In this document: piece after piece, positions 17,644-26,643 of the stretch
Layout: every line of letters starts with the position of its first letter
Position numbering within the stretch: position 1 is the stretch's first letter
Virus record (IMG/VR): IMGVR_UViG_3300042987_000420
Span: 1-26,645 of that record
Length of the DNA: 26,645 bases
Direction: 5' to 3' (one strand)
Source of the DNA: a virus
Taxonomy: Duplodnaviria; Caudoviricetes
The notes under the pieces: model-generated
The model's input: the letters and a program-made list of their open reading frames with translations, nothing else
Told to the model about the DNA's origin: nothing
Databases searched by the model: none
Translations under genes and position numbers: made by a program

Positions 17644-19449
17644 ATGGCAATCACACGTTATTACAGCTCAACCGCTGCTAAGACTACGCTCTCTAGCGCT
17701 GTTGACTCCAGCACTACCAGCACCAACTTCTCGCTGGCTGCTGCCACAGGTCTGCCTTCGCAGTACCCATTCACACTTATTATTGAAAAGGATACCGCTA
17801 ACGAAGAAATCGTAACGGTAACTGGCAAGGTTGGTAACTCATACACCGTTATCCGCGGTGAAGATGGTTCAACATCTAAGTCACACTCAATCGGTGCAAC
17901 GGTAGAGCATGGTGTATCTGCCCGCGACTTTGCCGAATCTCGTTCACACGAAGATGCAACTACTGCACACGGTGTTACTGGAAGCGTGGTCGGTACAGGT
18001 GGAGCACAAACTCTTACTGGCAAGACATTAACTACAGCAACACTAGGTTCTGACCTTGCTGCTGGTGGATACAAGATTACTGGTCTTGCTACACCAACAT
18101 CTTCTTCTGATGCTGCAACCAAGGCATACATTGATACGCAGACAGCATCTGCTGCAGCCTCTGCATCTAGCGCTGCTATCTCTGCCAGCTCTGCTGCTAC
18201 CTCAGCATCAAGTGCTTTAACTTCACAAGGGTCTGCTGCTGTATCAGCATCATCCGCTGCTACTTCAGCAACTGCTGCTGCGACATCCGCAGCCAGTGCT
18301 GCTACCTCAGCCACTGCTGCTGCAACCTCGGCAGCATCTGCATTGGCAAGCCAAACAGCAGCAGCCACTTCTGCTACATCAGCGTTGGCTTCTCAAACCG
18401 CTGCTGCAACTTCTGCTACATCTGCTCTTGCGTCACAAACTGCAGCAGCAACTAGCGCTACAAGCGCAGCAGCAAGTGCAACCGCAGCAGCTACTTCCGC
18501 TACATCGGCAGCCAATAGCGCAACAACTGCTGCAGCATCTGTAGCAACAATTGCTGGTTATGCAACCTCTGCTTCAAACTCTGCATCAGCTGCTGCAACT
18601 AGCGCAACCTCCGCTGCTGCATCAGCAACTGCTGCTGCTACCAGTGCTACCTCAGCTGCTGCAAGCGCTACCGCTGCAGCAACATCTGCAACTTCAGCTG
18701 CAGCAAGTGCAACATCGGCTGCTAACTCAGCAGCTACTGCAACCACTAGTGCATCACAGGCAGCAACAAGTGCTTCATCTGCAGCAACAAGTGCTTCATC
18801 TGCAGCAACTAGTGCAAGCTCGGCAGCAACGTCAGCGTCTTCAGCTGCAGCAACTTATGATTTATTTGATGATAGATACCTTGGTGCCAAGGCAACACCA
18901 CCTACGGTAGATAATGATGGTGACCCTCTAACCGAGGGCGTAATTTATTACAACTCGACAGACAAAAACATGTATGTCTGGAATAGTGGAACATCATCAT
19001 GGCAAGTATTTACTACCACTGGTGATATCACAGCTGTTGTAGCTGGCACAGGATTAACAGGTGGTGCGACAACTGGTAGTGCCACACTCAATCTAGATAC
19101 ATCAAGCGTATATGTATTGCCAAGCCAATCAACTGCAAACGGTAAGTACCTTCAAAGCGACGGAACCAGTGCTACTTGGCAAACAATCCAAGCTGGTTCA
19201 CAAGTAAAAATTGATAGCGGTGCTGGTTCAACTTACACATACATTGACTTTGTTGGCATGGGTACTGATACTGGAACCGCTGGCACAGTAAAGGTTCAGC
19301 CTTTAACTAACACTGGCGCCAATGCTGGTAAAAGAATTTATACAGGTTCAACTACACCATCGTCACCAGTTGCTGGTGACTTGTGGGTTGACACAACAGT
19401 AGACACAACACCAGATTTAACAAACATGGTAATTATGGGAGCGTACTAA
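17644..19449 (+). CDS. Tail fibre protein with Ala/Ser/Thr heptad shaft
   Basis: 601 aa. Fibre motifs QTLTGKTLT, KITGLATPTSSSDAATKAYID, GDITAVVAGTGLTGG and GDLWVDT. Confidence 0.85.
   Translation: MAITRYYSSTAAKTTLSSAVDSSTTSTNFSLAAATGLPSQYPFTLIIEKDTANEEIVTVTGKVGNSYTVIRGEDGSTSKSHSIGATVEHGVSARDFAESRSHEDATTAHGVTGSVVGTGGAQTLTGKTLTTATLGSDLAAGGYKITGLATPTSSSDAATKAYIDTQTASAAASASSAAISASSAATSASSALTSQGSAAVSASSAATSATAAATSAASAATSATAAATSAASALASQTAAATSATSALASQTAAATSATSALASQTAAATSATSAAASATAAATSATSAANSATTAAASVATIAGYATSASNSASAAATSATSAAASATAAATSATSAAASATAAATSATSAAASATSAANSAATATTSASQAATSASSAATSASSAATSASSAATSASSAAATYDLFDDRYLGAKATPPTVDNDGDPLTEGVIYYNSTDKNMYVWNSGTSSWQVFTTTGDITAVVAGTGLTGGATTGSATLNLDTSSVYVLPSQSTANGKYLQSDGTSATWQTIQAGSQVKIDSGAGSTYTYIDFVGMGTDTGTAGTVKVQPLTNTGANAGKRIYTGSTTPSSPVAGDLWVDTTVDTTPDLTNMVIMGAY
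18142..18855 (+). repeat. 34 in-register 21-nt (heptad) coding repeats
   Basis: Units such as ATAAATS, ASSAATS and ATSAAAS. One exact DNA duplication at 18760-18801. Confidence 0.92.
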
Positions 19450-19450
19450 T

Positions 19451-20545
19451 ATGCCAGTAAAAAGATATAACGGTTCGTCATGGGATGTCGTAGCAGGAGC
19501 TGGAGTAACTGGTGCACCAGGTAGCAACGGTACTAATGGAACCAATGGTATTGATGCAGCGCCAACTGTCGCTGGAAAAAATGCACTGATTAATGGAGCT
19601 TGTGAAATTTGGCAACGCGGAACAAGTTTTCCAAGCGGTGTCGGTCTTGGTGCATCTGTTGTTTATTCTGCAGATAGGTGGCACTGGTATAGAGGTGGCA
19701 ACGACGTCGGTGCAACATTGACACGTCAGTCAGCTGGTCTGACTGGATTTAATTATTGTATGAGAATACAAAGAAACTCTGGCAATACTTCAACTCAAGC
19801 ACTAGGTTTGCGGTATACGCTTGAAACAGCAGATAGTTTAAGGTTTGCTGGCAAGTCCATAACATTTTCTTTCTATGCTCGCAAAGGTGCCGATTACTCA
19901 CCAACTGGAAGCTTGCTTAGAGTTTACTTACCTTATGGAACTGGAACCGACCAAGTAGTACATTCATTTACAGGTTTTACAAATGTAGTAAATTCAACTG
20001 CTACCTTAACATCAACTTGGACTAGATTTACATATACTGCAAGTATACCTTCCAACGCAACCGAAATTGGTCTAGAGATGTTTGTCGAGCCAGTAGGAAC
20101 TGCTGGAGCAAATGACTACATGGAAATTACTGGTCTTCAATTAGAAGAAGGAACAACAGCAACAGCATTTTCAAGAGCAATGGGTACATACCAGGGTGAA
20201 CTTGCTGCATGTATGCGTTACTTTCAATCTTACAATAATGCTGGTTCAACATATGTATTACCACATTTGTTTAGCTATGCAGACGGTTCATACTTTGGCA
20301 CAACTGTTGCTGAAGGTCCAATGATATTACCAGTGCAAATGAGAGTAGCGCCAACACTTACAACAACTGGAACATTTGCTGCATATGCTTTTGCAAACCA
20401 TGGTGCAACTGGAACATTATCACTTGAAGCTTCTAACCCACGAAATATTGGATTTAGATTTGATAAATCGTCTGGTTCTTGGACATCAAGTGTTGGGTAT
20501 GCAAACACCAGCAATGGTTATATTAATTTACATGCAGAACTTTAG
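19451..20545 (+). CDS. Receptor-binding / tail fibre tip protein with carbohydrate-binding-like domain
   Basis: Short Gly-X-Y run (GVTGAPGSNGTNGTNG), then KNALINGACEIWQRG, ITFSFYARK, ITGLQLEEGTTATAF and ELAACMRYFQ. Confidence 0.75.
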   Translation: MPVKRYNGSSWDVVAGAGVTGAPGSNGTNGTNGIDAAPTVAGKNALINGACEIWQRGTSFPSGVGLGASVVYSADRWHWYRGGNDVGATLTRQSAGLTGFNYCMRIQRNSGNTSTQALGLRYTLETADSLRFAGKSITFSFYARKGADYSPTGSLLRVYLPYGTGTDQVVHSFTGFTNVVNSTATLTSTWTRFTYTASIPSNATEIGLEMFVEPVGTAGANDYMEITGLQLEEGTTATAFSRAMGTYQGELAACMRYFQSYNNAGSTYVLPHLFSYADGSYFGTTVAEGPMILPVQMRVAPTLTTTGTFAAYAFANHGATGTLSLEASNPRNIGFRFDKSSGSWTSSVGYANTSNGYINLHAEL

Positions 20546-20553
20546 GAGTAATA

Positions 20554-20694
20554 ATGGATTTTTCAAAGGCAATAGTAAGAGATAATGGTTATATCTTTAT
20601 TCAAGACGGAGATACAACTGTAACAATTCCTAATGAACCAAGCAATTCTGATTATCAAGAATATCTAAAATATCTAGAAGAAGGTAGTAACTAA
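20554..20694 (+). CDS. 46-aa tail-fibre-associated protein, chaperone-like (not in ORF track)
   Basis: AGGAG SD. Translates as MDFSKAIVRDNGYIFIQDGDTTVTIPNEPSNSDYQEYLKYLEEGSN, with a TAATG overlap to the next gene. Confidence 0.75.
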   Translation: MDFSKAIVRDNGYIFIQDGDTTVTIPNEPSNSDYQEYLKYLEEGSN

Positions 20695-20996
20695 TGGCTA
20701 CAACAACTAAAGAGCTAGCTCGCACAGCAGCAGCAACATCAAGCACAACCCTATACACAGTACCAGCTGGTACAACTACTGTTGTAACAAACATTGTTGT
20801 AACCAATACAACCGTATCTCCACAGACATTCACGTTAACAATGGGTGGGGTAACACTAGCTGACACAGTAACTGTTGCCAACAACGACTCAACCGTTATT
20901 GACTTGAAGCAGGTATTGACAGCAACTCAAACAATCGCAGGTCTGGCATCTTCGACATCTGTAAACTTCCACATCGCTGGAGTGGAGATTGCTTAA
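20694..20996 (+). CDS. 100-aa Thr-rich beta-structured tail protein
   Basis: TTLYTVPAGTTTVVTNIVVTN...VNFHIAGVEI, with TAATG overlaps at both ends. Confidence 0.7.
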   Translation: MATTTKELARTAAATSSTTLYTVPAGTTTVVTNIVVTNTTVSPQTFTLTMGGVTLADTVTVANNDSTVIDLKQVLTATQTIAGLASSTSVNFHIAGVEIA

Positions 20997-21613
20997 TGCC
21001 TGTATCAAAACTATCTGATTCGCTTACGGCAAACGGTAGTAAGAGAACTTATCAAAGTTTTCTAGCTGGCAATGCCCCACAAACCCCCGATGCTTGGGAT
21101 TCAATCTCAACCACAACTGTAACAGCAAACGTTACAAGCGTAACAATATCCGTACCACAAACATATGGTCATTTACGTTTACATATTGCTGGTAAAACAA
21201 ATACAGTAGCGGATGCTATTGAAAATTTTACACTTAGATTTAACGGTGATACTGGCGCAAACTACACAAGACAATATATGTTCACGGATAATAAAACTGG
21301 AACAACATTTGGTTCACAATTAGCATCATCACTATCTGCTGCATATGTTGGAAGATTACCAAAAAGTGGTGCATCCCAAGGCAGTTGTTTTGGCTATGCA
21401 TTAATTGATATTTTAGATTATACAATTGGTACTAAAAATAAAACCTGGAAATCAATACAATTTTATGATAGGGGTAATGCCTCTGATTCATCAATTGGAT
21501 ATCAAACTGGAACTTGGTTAAACAACAGTGCTATTAGTTCAATACAAGTAATTCCTGGAGATACATATTTTGTATCTGGAACAACTATATCTATCTATGG
21601 ATTGAAGGGTTAA
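20996..21613 (+). CDS. Tail-associated beta protein, paralogue 1
   Basis: VPQTYGHLRLHI, LRFNGDTGANY, WLNNSAISSI and GTTISIYGLK. Confidence 0.7.
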   Translation: MPVSKLSDSLTANGSKRTYQSFLAGNAPQTPDAWDSISTTTVTANVTSVTISVPQTYGHLRLHIAGKTNTVADAIENFTLRFNGDTGANYTRQYMFTDNKTGTTFGSQLASSLSAAYVGRLPKSGASQGSCFGYALIDILDYTIGTKNKTWKSIQFYDRGNASDSSIGYQTGTWLNNSAISSIQVIPGDTYFVSGTTISIYGLKG

Positions 21614-21616
21614 GTC

Positions 21617-22138
21617 ATGGCTGCTGGAAATACTTTTGTACCTATAGTTTCTTTTGGTCAACTATCATCCCCATATTCAATAGATGTAACTAACATACCA
21701 TCTACATATACTGATTTGTTTATAGTTGTTGAATTTTCTGGCGATAGGGATGGCGATGTTGTCATGCAATTTAATGGTGACACTGGTGCAAACTATGGAC
21801 ATAGTTATATTAGAGCTAACCAAAATAGCGCAAGCGCTATTACTGGTGGAGCGAATAGTCAAACAAGTGGTTATTTTTCTTTAAATGGCGGATGGCGCGG
21901 AAGCCTTGCATTAATATGGATTCCAAGATATAAAGATACTGGTAAATATAAAAGTTGGGTTTCTCGTAGCGGTGGTTGGGAATCTACTGCTTATGCATAT
22001 ACAGATATATATGGTGGAACATGGAGAAATACTGCTGCAATTACTAGCATAAAATTTTTATGGACTGGCGGTAGACAATTTTCTAGTACCGTAAATTACG
22101 GCACAAAAATAAATATATTTGGAATTGCGGAGGCATGA
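21617..22138 (+). CDS. Tail-associated beta protein, paralogue 2
   Basis: IPSTYTDLFIVV, MQFNGDTGANY, WRNTAAITSI and GTKINIFGIA. Confidence 0.7.
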   Translation: MAAGNTFVPIVSFGQLSSPYSIDVTNIPSTYTDLFIVVEFSGDRDGDVVMQFNGDTGANYGHSYIRANQNSASAITGGANSQTSGYFSLNGGWRGSLALIWIPRYKDTGKYKSWVSRSGGWESTAYAYTDIYGGTWRNTAAITSIKFLWTGGRQFSSTVNYGTKINIFGIAEA

Positions 22139-22142
22139 TGTT

Positions 22143-23291
22143 ATGTCAATGAAACTTATTAAAAGAATTATATTAACATCATCTCAAGCAAGCATAGTTT
22201 ATACTATACCAAGTGGTTATGATGATATCTTAATAAAGATATCTGCTAGAAGCACAACAACAACTGCAAGTGCAACTAGAATAAATCTTAATTTTTCAAA
22301 CGTAACAACGAATTACTATTATAGAAAACTAGAGCTTAATGGCTCTACTGGCACTTCAACTGTATCGACAGCATATACAGTTCATGCTGGTCATATGACA
22401 AATGCTAGTTATACAAGTAACGTATTTAGTAATAGCGAAATATATTTATGTAATATTACACAAGACGAGCTTAGAGCGTATCAAACTGTACTTGCAGATG
22501 GTACTGCACCAAATAACTCTACGACAGATAATGCATTATCTTTTTCTGCTAGTTCAAATAATACTGCTTATCTTAATAAGCCATATTTTACTTTAACTCC
22601 TGAGCTTGGTTCATTTGCTGTTGGAACTACTGTTGCAATATATGGTATTCAAAACTATAGCACTAAATATGCTTCTTCATTTAAAGCTACTGGTGGAGAT
22701 ATCTATTACTTTAATGGATATGCCTATCATTTCTTTTATGAAAATACTAATTTTATTCCTAATCAAAACATTACTGGACTTAACTATTTAATTGTAGGTG
22801 GTGGCGGTGGTGGCGACTTCGGAAACGATAACGGTCGTCGTGGTGGAAATGGTGGACAAGTTCAAACTGGAACTACCAACGTAACATCTGGCACTACATA
22901 CCCAATTGTTGTAGGCGCTGGTGGTTACGGCTGGACAAGTCAGCCAGCCAATCCTGGAAACCCATCAAGTGCGTTTGGAGTTACCGCTACTGGTGGTTTA
23001 GCCGAACAAAACATTTCTGGTAATGGTGCTGCTGGTACATATGTAGCAAATTTCTCAGCATTCGGAGAAAGTGGTTACTTCGGAGGTCAAGGCGGAACTG
23101 GAAACACATCTGGTGGAACACCAATTTATAGTGGTGGTCTAGGCGGTGGCGGTAAAGGTGCTGGCTCTGGAGTTGTAAACGGAATCTCTGGTTGGGACTT
23201 TACTGGAGGTGGCGGAGGTGGAGGCAACGACGCTTCAAACGCTTCAGGCTCTGGTGGTAAGGGAGTTGTAATTGTTAGGTACACAATCTAA
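22143..23291 (+). CDS. Tail-associated protein, paralogue 3 fused to a glycine-rich domain
   Basis: GGAGG SD before ATG 22143. IPSGYDDILIKISARS and GTTVAIYGIQ, followed by KATGG...YLIVGGGGGG...GSGGKGVVIVRY. Confidence 0.7.
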   Translation: MSMKLIKRIILTSSQASIVYTIPSGYDDILIKISARSTTTTASATRINLNFSNVTTNYYYRKLELNGSTGTSTVSTAYTVHAGHMTNASYTSNVFSNSEIYLCNITQDELRAYQTVLADGTAPNNSTTDNALSFSASSNNTAYLNKPYFTLTPELGSFAVGTTVAIYGIQNYSTKYASSFKATGGDIYYFNGYAYHFFYENTNFIPNQNITGLNYLIVGGGGGGDFGNDNGRRGGNGGQVQTGTTNVTSGTTYPIVVGAGGYGWTSQPANPGNPSSAFGVTATGGLAEQNISGNGAAGTYVANFSAFGESGYFGGQGGTGNTSGGTPIYSGGLGGGGKGAGSGVVNGISGWDFTGGGGGGGNDASNASGSGGKGVVIVRYTI

Positions 23292-23300
23292 GGAGAATAA

Positions 23301-23528
23301 ATGACAGAGAAATTAACTAAGCTGGTAGTAGATGCTATCAGTGGAACAGTAGAAGAAGTTGAATTAACACCTCAAGAAATTACAGAACTTGAAGCCATGC
23401 GTATTGAATTTGAAAATCGCAAAGCTCTTGAAGAAGCTGAAGCTTCAGCTAAAGCAGAAGCAAAAGCTTCTGCAGAAGCAAAGCTTGCAGCTCTTGGTCT
23501 AACTGCAGAAGAAATTGCTGCACTTTAA
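23301..23528 (+). CDS. 75-aa tail-fibre-associated helical protein, chaperone-like
   Basis: AAGGAG SD. EVELTPQEI...AKASAEAKLAALGLTAEEIAAL. Confidence 0.7.
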   Translation: MTEKLTKLVVDAISGTVEEVELTPQEITELEAMRIEFENRKALEEAEASAKAEAKASAEAKLAALGLTAEEIAAL

Positions 23529-23540
23529 TAGGAGATATAT

Positions 23541-23750
23541 ATGAATGAAAAAACTTTTGCAGCTATTAAGAGCTATGCTCGCCATTTTCTCGGTGCTTGC
23601 CTTGCTGCCTTTGCTGTTGCTGGCGGGGATATCTTCGCTCTTAATGCCGAAGGATTCAAAGCAATCATCACAGCGGGAGTCGTGGCTGTGTTGCCCGTCT
23701 TGCTCCGCGCTTTAGATACATCCGATTCAGCGTTCGGTAAGACAGAGTAA
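23541..23750 (+). CDS. Holin
   Basis: 69 aa with two hydrophobic helices and a polar C-terminus. AGGAG SD, upstream of the endolysin. Confidence 0.75.
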   Translation: MNEKTFAAIKSYARHFLGACLAAFAVAGGDIFALNAEGFKAIITAGVVAVLPVLLRALDTSDSAFGKTE

Positions 23751-23953
23751 TGAGTGCCAACGAATGGGCTGGTGTTGCAGTCGCAGTCACCACAATAGTC
23801 GCCAGCTTTGCTGGTTCCGTTCGCTGGTTAGTCAAGCACTACCTCACTGAACTCAAGCCCAATGGTGGCTCAAGCATTAAAGACAAGGTCAACCGATTAG
23901 AGGAGAAGGTAGAACTTCTCACCGACTTGGTTAAGGAATCACTAAGGAAATGA
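23750..23953 (+). CDS. Single-TM lysis-cassette membrane protein (second holin-like)
   Basis: N-terminal hydrophobic helix, ELKPNGGSSIKD motif, then a coiled coil. Confidence 0.7.
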   Translation: MSANEWAGVAVAVTTIVASFAGSVRWLVKHYLTELKPNGGSSIKDKVNRLEEKVELLTDLVKESLRK

Positions 23954-24460
23954 ATGAAACCAGTTGTTGCCAAGAAAGCCACGCCTGCTGCTATTGCTGT
24001 TCTCCGTCAGGCGACGGCGTTGTCGCCGAAGCGAAAGAAGTTGTCGGACGGATTGTTGCCAAGTGCAGCTCACCTGAAGGCGAGTCCAACTTCGGACCAC
24101 AATACTGGGCTAGCAGTCGACCTCACCCATGACCCAGTCAATGGTATTGACTGTGCAGTCATCTTTGAAAAACTTAAAGAAGATAAGCGCGTTAAGTATC
24201 TTATCTTTCAAGGAAAGATTTGGTCTAAAGAAAAAGCTAAGCAAGGCAACAGACAGTACAGTGGTAGTAATCCTCACAATAAGCACCTTCATATTTCTAT
24301 TAATGATGGTTGCGGTGATGACACTAGCCCTTGGTTCTGGTGGCTAAACCAACCTAAGTTAATCAATCAAGTTAAGGCTGTGGTTAAACCATTACCTGAT
24401 AAGAAACCTTATCCAAAGGAAGATACATCTAAGTGCTGTCAGCACTGCCCTAAGAAATAG
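23954..24460 (+). CDS. Endolysin, Zn-peptidase (M15-like) catalytic domain
   Basis: SDHNTGLAVD (H-x6-D) and HNKHLHIS (HxH) motifs, directly after the holins. Confidence 0.75.
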   Translation: MKPVVAKKATPAAIAVLRQATALSPKRKKLSDGLLPSAAHLKASPTSDHNTGLAVDLTHDPVNGIDCAVIFEKLKEDKRVKYLIFQGKIWSKEKAKQGNRQYSGSNPHNKHLHISINDGCGDDTSPWFWWLNQPKLINQVKAVVKPLPDKKPYPKEDTSKCCQHCPKK

Positions 24461-24470
24461 AGGTTAAACC

Positions 24471-26387
24471 GTGGCAACAGATAATAAAAAGATTGTTGGC
24501 GATTTACCAATCATCCTTAGCCAAGCAATCCCTACCGCGCTGGTCAAGTACCAGCGTGAGGATTTTGCTGCAAGCTATGCCATTGGTAATACACCATGGT
24601 TGTCGGCTGCTTCCGACCAGAACCGTATCAGTCGTATCACTACGACATACCAGAAGGAACGTATTGACCAAGGTACAACCGCTGGTGAAAACTCTCTATC
24701 TAACTGGTGGCTTCGGTCTGCAACCTCATGGCATCATGGCGCAGGCGAACGTTATTATGATGCTGATGCATCAGATACATTCAGATTCTATGAATCAAAT
24801 AACATAGATGTATTTTCTGACACTGGTTCTATTACCCTTATTAAAGCAACCACTCAGTTCTCAACCGTAGGTATTACCGCTAAGCCAGCAACCACAAACG
24901 GCGGAGCGTTCTACATCCAAGGTGGCAACGTTTATTATTACAACGCTTCGACCAACACGGCAACATCCACATCTTTAGCTACATCTGTAACAGCGCAGGT
25001 TCTAGCCAGTGACGGCAACAGCGCAATTGTTGGTAGCAACGAAGGTGTATATACAGTCAGCACTTCAATGGTTGTTTCCAAGATTTGGAACAAGCCGAAC
25101 ACAGCGACTACATCTTTTACAGTTCAGGCTATTGGGTTCGTCAAGGACCGTATAGTTATTGGTGTAAATGAAAACAATACCCAGTCTGTTGTATATGAGT
25201 TGTCAAGGTTTCCTAGCACACCTCCTACAACAATCGGAAACACCGAAGAACGTTATACGTTCAAAGACCCTAACCTAGTATGGAACTCTGTTGGTGAACT
25301 CAACAGCGCCATCATTGTGGGTTATACCCTCGGCGCTATCTCCCGCGTATTGTCATTTGCTATCGATGAAACTTCACCGCTTGCTGCAATCAAAGACCCA
25401 ATTGTTATTGCAGAACTTCCCCGCGGTGAAACCCTTCACCAGATTAGAACATACCTCAATGAGTTTGTTGTTATGGCAACAACCGCTGGTATTCGAATTG
25501 GTCAGCAAAGTACGGATGGTTTATCGTTTACATATGGACCACTGAACGTTACTGGCAATGTCCAAGACATTGCATTCACTGATAGATTTGTATACGCAAC
25601 AAGGTCTAAAGATATCAATAACAAAAAAGGTTTATGGAAGATTGACCTTGGTCAAACTATAGATAATGGTTATGCATACGCAGCCGATTTAGAAACAGAT
25701 GCCTCTGATGTTATTGGTATAGCATTCCTTGGAACTGGTGCTAGAAAATTTATGGTTGGTGCATCAGGTGTATGGATTGAATCAGCAACCACGCTAGCAA
25801 CCTCTGGCGTTATTAAGTCTGGCTGGATTCGTTGGGGTACTGCAGAGAAGAAGCAGCCTGTTTCATTGTCGGTTCGCTGCGAAGGTGGCGGACGTGTCGG
25901 CTTCTCAGTCTATGACCAAGAATTAAATACAACTTTGATTGATGCTATTCCGCTTACTGGCGCAACAGAATTCCAATTGTCTGCTGGTCTTCAACCAGCT
26001 GACCACTTTGAAGTTCAGCTAACTTTAGAACGCAGTTCATCTGATGTAACTATTGGACCAAAGGTTGAAGAATGGCAGTGTCGTGCTCTACCTGCACCAC
26101 TTCGTTCTCGTACACTTACGATACCTTTGCTTTGCTATGAAGAGGAGCGTGACCCAAATGGAGTTACACGAGTATCAAACCCATGGGAACGCATTAACTA
26201 TTTGGAACGCATTGAACAAAATGGAGGAGCGGTACTATTCCAAGACTTTTCTTCAGGAGAAGAAAGAGTCTGTACTATCCGCGCTATTCAATTCGAGCAG
26301 ACAGCACCTCCCTCTTTTGCGTCGGGATTCGGTGGAATCGTAACTATCCAGTTACAAACTATTGATACCGAACTACCTATCCAGTAA
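24471..26387 (+). CDS. 638-aa tail protein (nozzle / tubular protein B-like, beta-propeller-like)
   Basis: GTG start with GAGG SD. Beta-strand-rich with blade-like repeats; the specific role is inferred. Confidence 0.55.
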   Translation: MATDNKKIVGDLPIILSQAIPTALVKYQREDFAASYAIGNTPWLSAASDQNRISRITTTYQKERIDQGTTAGENSLSNWWLRSATSWHHGAGERYYDADASDTFRFYESNNIDVFSDTGSITLIKATTQFSTVGITAKPATTNGGAFYIQGGNVYYYNASTNTATSTSLATSVTAQVLASDGNSAIVGSNEGVYTVSTSMVVSKIWNKPNTATTSFTVQAIGFVKDRIVIGVNENNTQSVVYELSRFPSTPPTTIGNTEERYTFKDPNLVWNSVGELNSAIIVGYTLGAISRVLSFAIDETSPLAAIKDPIVIAELPRGETLHQIRTYLNEFVVMATTAGIRIGQQSTDGLSFTYGPLNVTGNVQDIAFTDRFVYATRSKDINNKKGLWKIDLGQTIDNGYAYAADLETDASDVIGIAFLGTGARKFMVGASGVWIESATTLATSGVIKSGWIRWGTAEKKQPVSLSVRCEGGGRVGFSVYDQELNTTLIDAIPLTGATEFQLSAGLQPADHFEVQLTLERSSSDVTIGPKVEEWQCRALPAPLRSRTLTIPLLCYEEERDPNGVTRVSNPWERINYLERIEQNGGAVLFQDFSSGEERVCTIRAIQFEQTAPPSFASGFGGIVTIQLQTIDTELPIQ

Positions 26388-26605
26388 TGGAAGAAAACAA
26401 ACTAATATCCCTGGTATCTCCAGGTGAGCGCCACCCATTGGTAACAGCAGTACGAGTGGCGCTGAATATAGCTGGCGATGATGTGTTAGATGCTCCCCTA
26501 GCTGAAGTGCTTAGAGGTTTGCAGCATCGTCTTTCCATCCCAGCAGTCGGGTGCATCAACTTAGCCACGCTGGATGCGCTCGCAGTTGCTCCGCCTGAAT
26601 GGTAG
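26387..26605 (+). CDS. Stand-alone peptidoglycan-binding-domain-like protein
   Basis: TAATG overlap. GERHPLVTAVRVAL...LRGLQHRLSIPAVGCINLATLDAL resembles the three-helix PG_binding_1 pattern. Confidence 0.6.
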   Translation: MEENKLISLVSPGERHPLVTAVRVALNIAGDDVLDAPLAEVLRGLQHRLSIPAVGCINLATLDALAVAPPEW

Positions 26606-26619
26606 GGAGCCAAAGAGAA

Positions 26620-26643
26620 GGGGGAACCGTAAATGGTTCCCCC
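26620..26643 (+). terminator. Terminator-like hairpin closing the operon
   Basis: GGGGGAACCG-TAAA-TGGTTCCCCC. The downstream tail is cut off by the window end. Confidence 0.7.

Noticed and set aside
17661-18746. Long minus-strand ORFs here and at 3053-3640, 12333-12806 and elsewhere
   Set aside because: They are antisense shadows of low-complexity + strand genes. The + strand is fully tiled with coupled genes.
18142-18855. CRISPR-like periodicity
   Set aside because: These are degenerate in-frame coding repeats with no unique spacers.
19430-19451. Programmed frameshift fusing the fibre to the next gene
   Set aside because: The downstream frame has a TAA at 19430-19432, and no slippery site lies in the remaining bases.
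21239-21796. 27-nt near-repeat encoding FNGDTGANY as a possible DGR template/variable pair
   Set aside because: The differences are synonymous C/T changes rather than adenine-specific, and no reverse transcriptase is present. Paralogy explains it.
23950-24132. Cys-rich 60-aa ORF overlapping the endolysin start (possible embedded spanin or metallothionein)
   Set aside because: It has no lipoprotein signal or TM segment. The Cys codons arise from reading GTT/GCT-rich codons out of frame. It does have an ATGA overlap, so it is not fully excluded.
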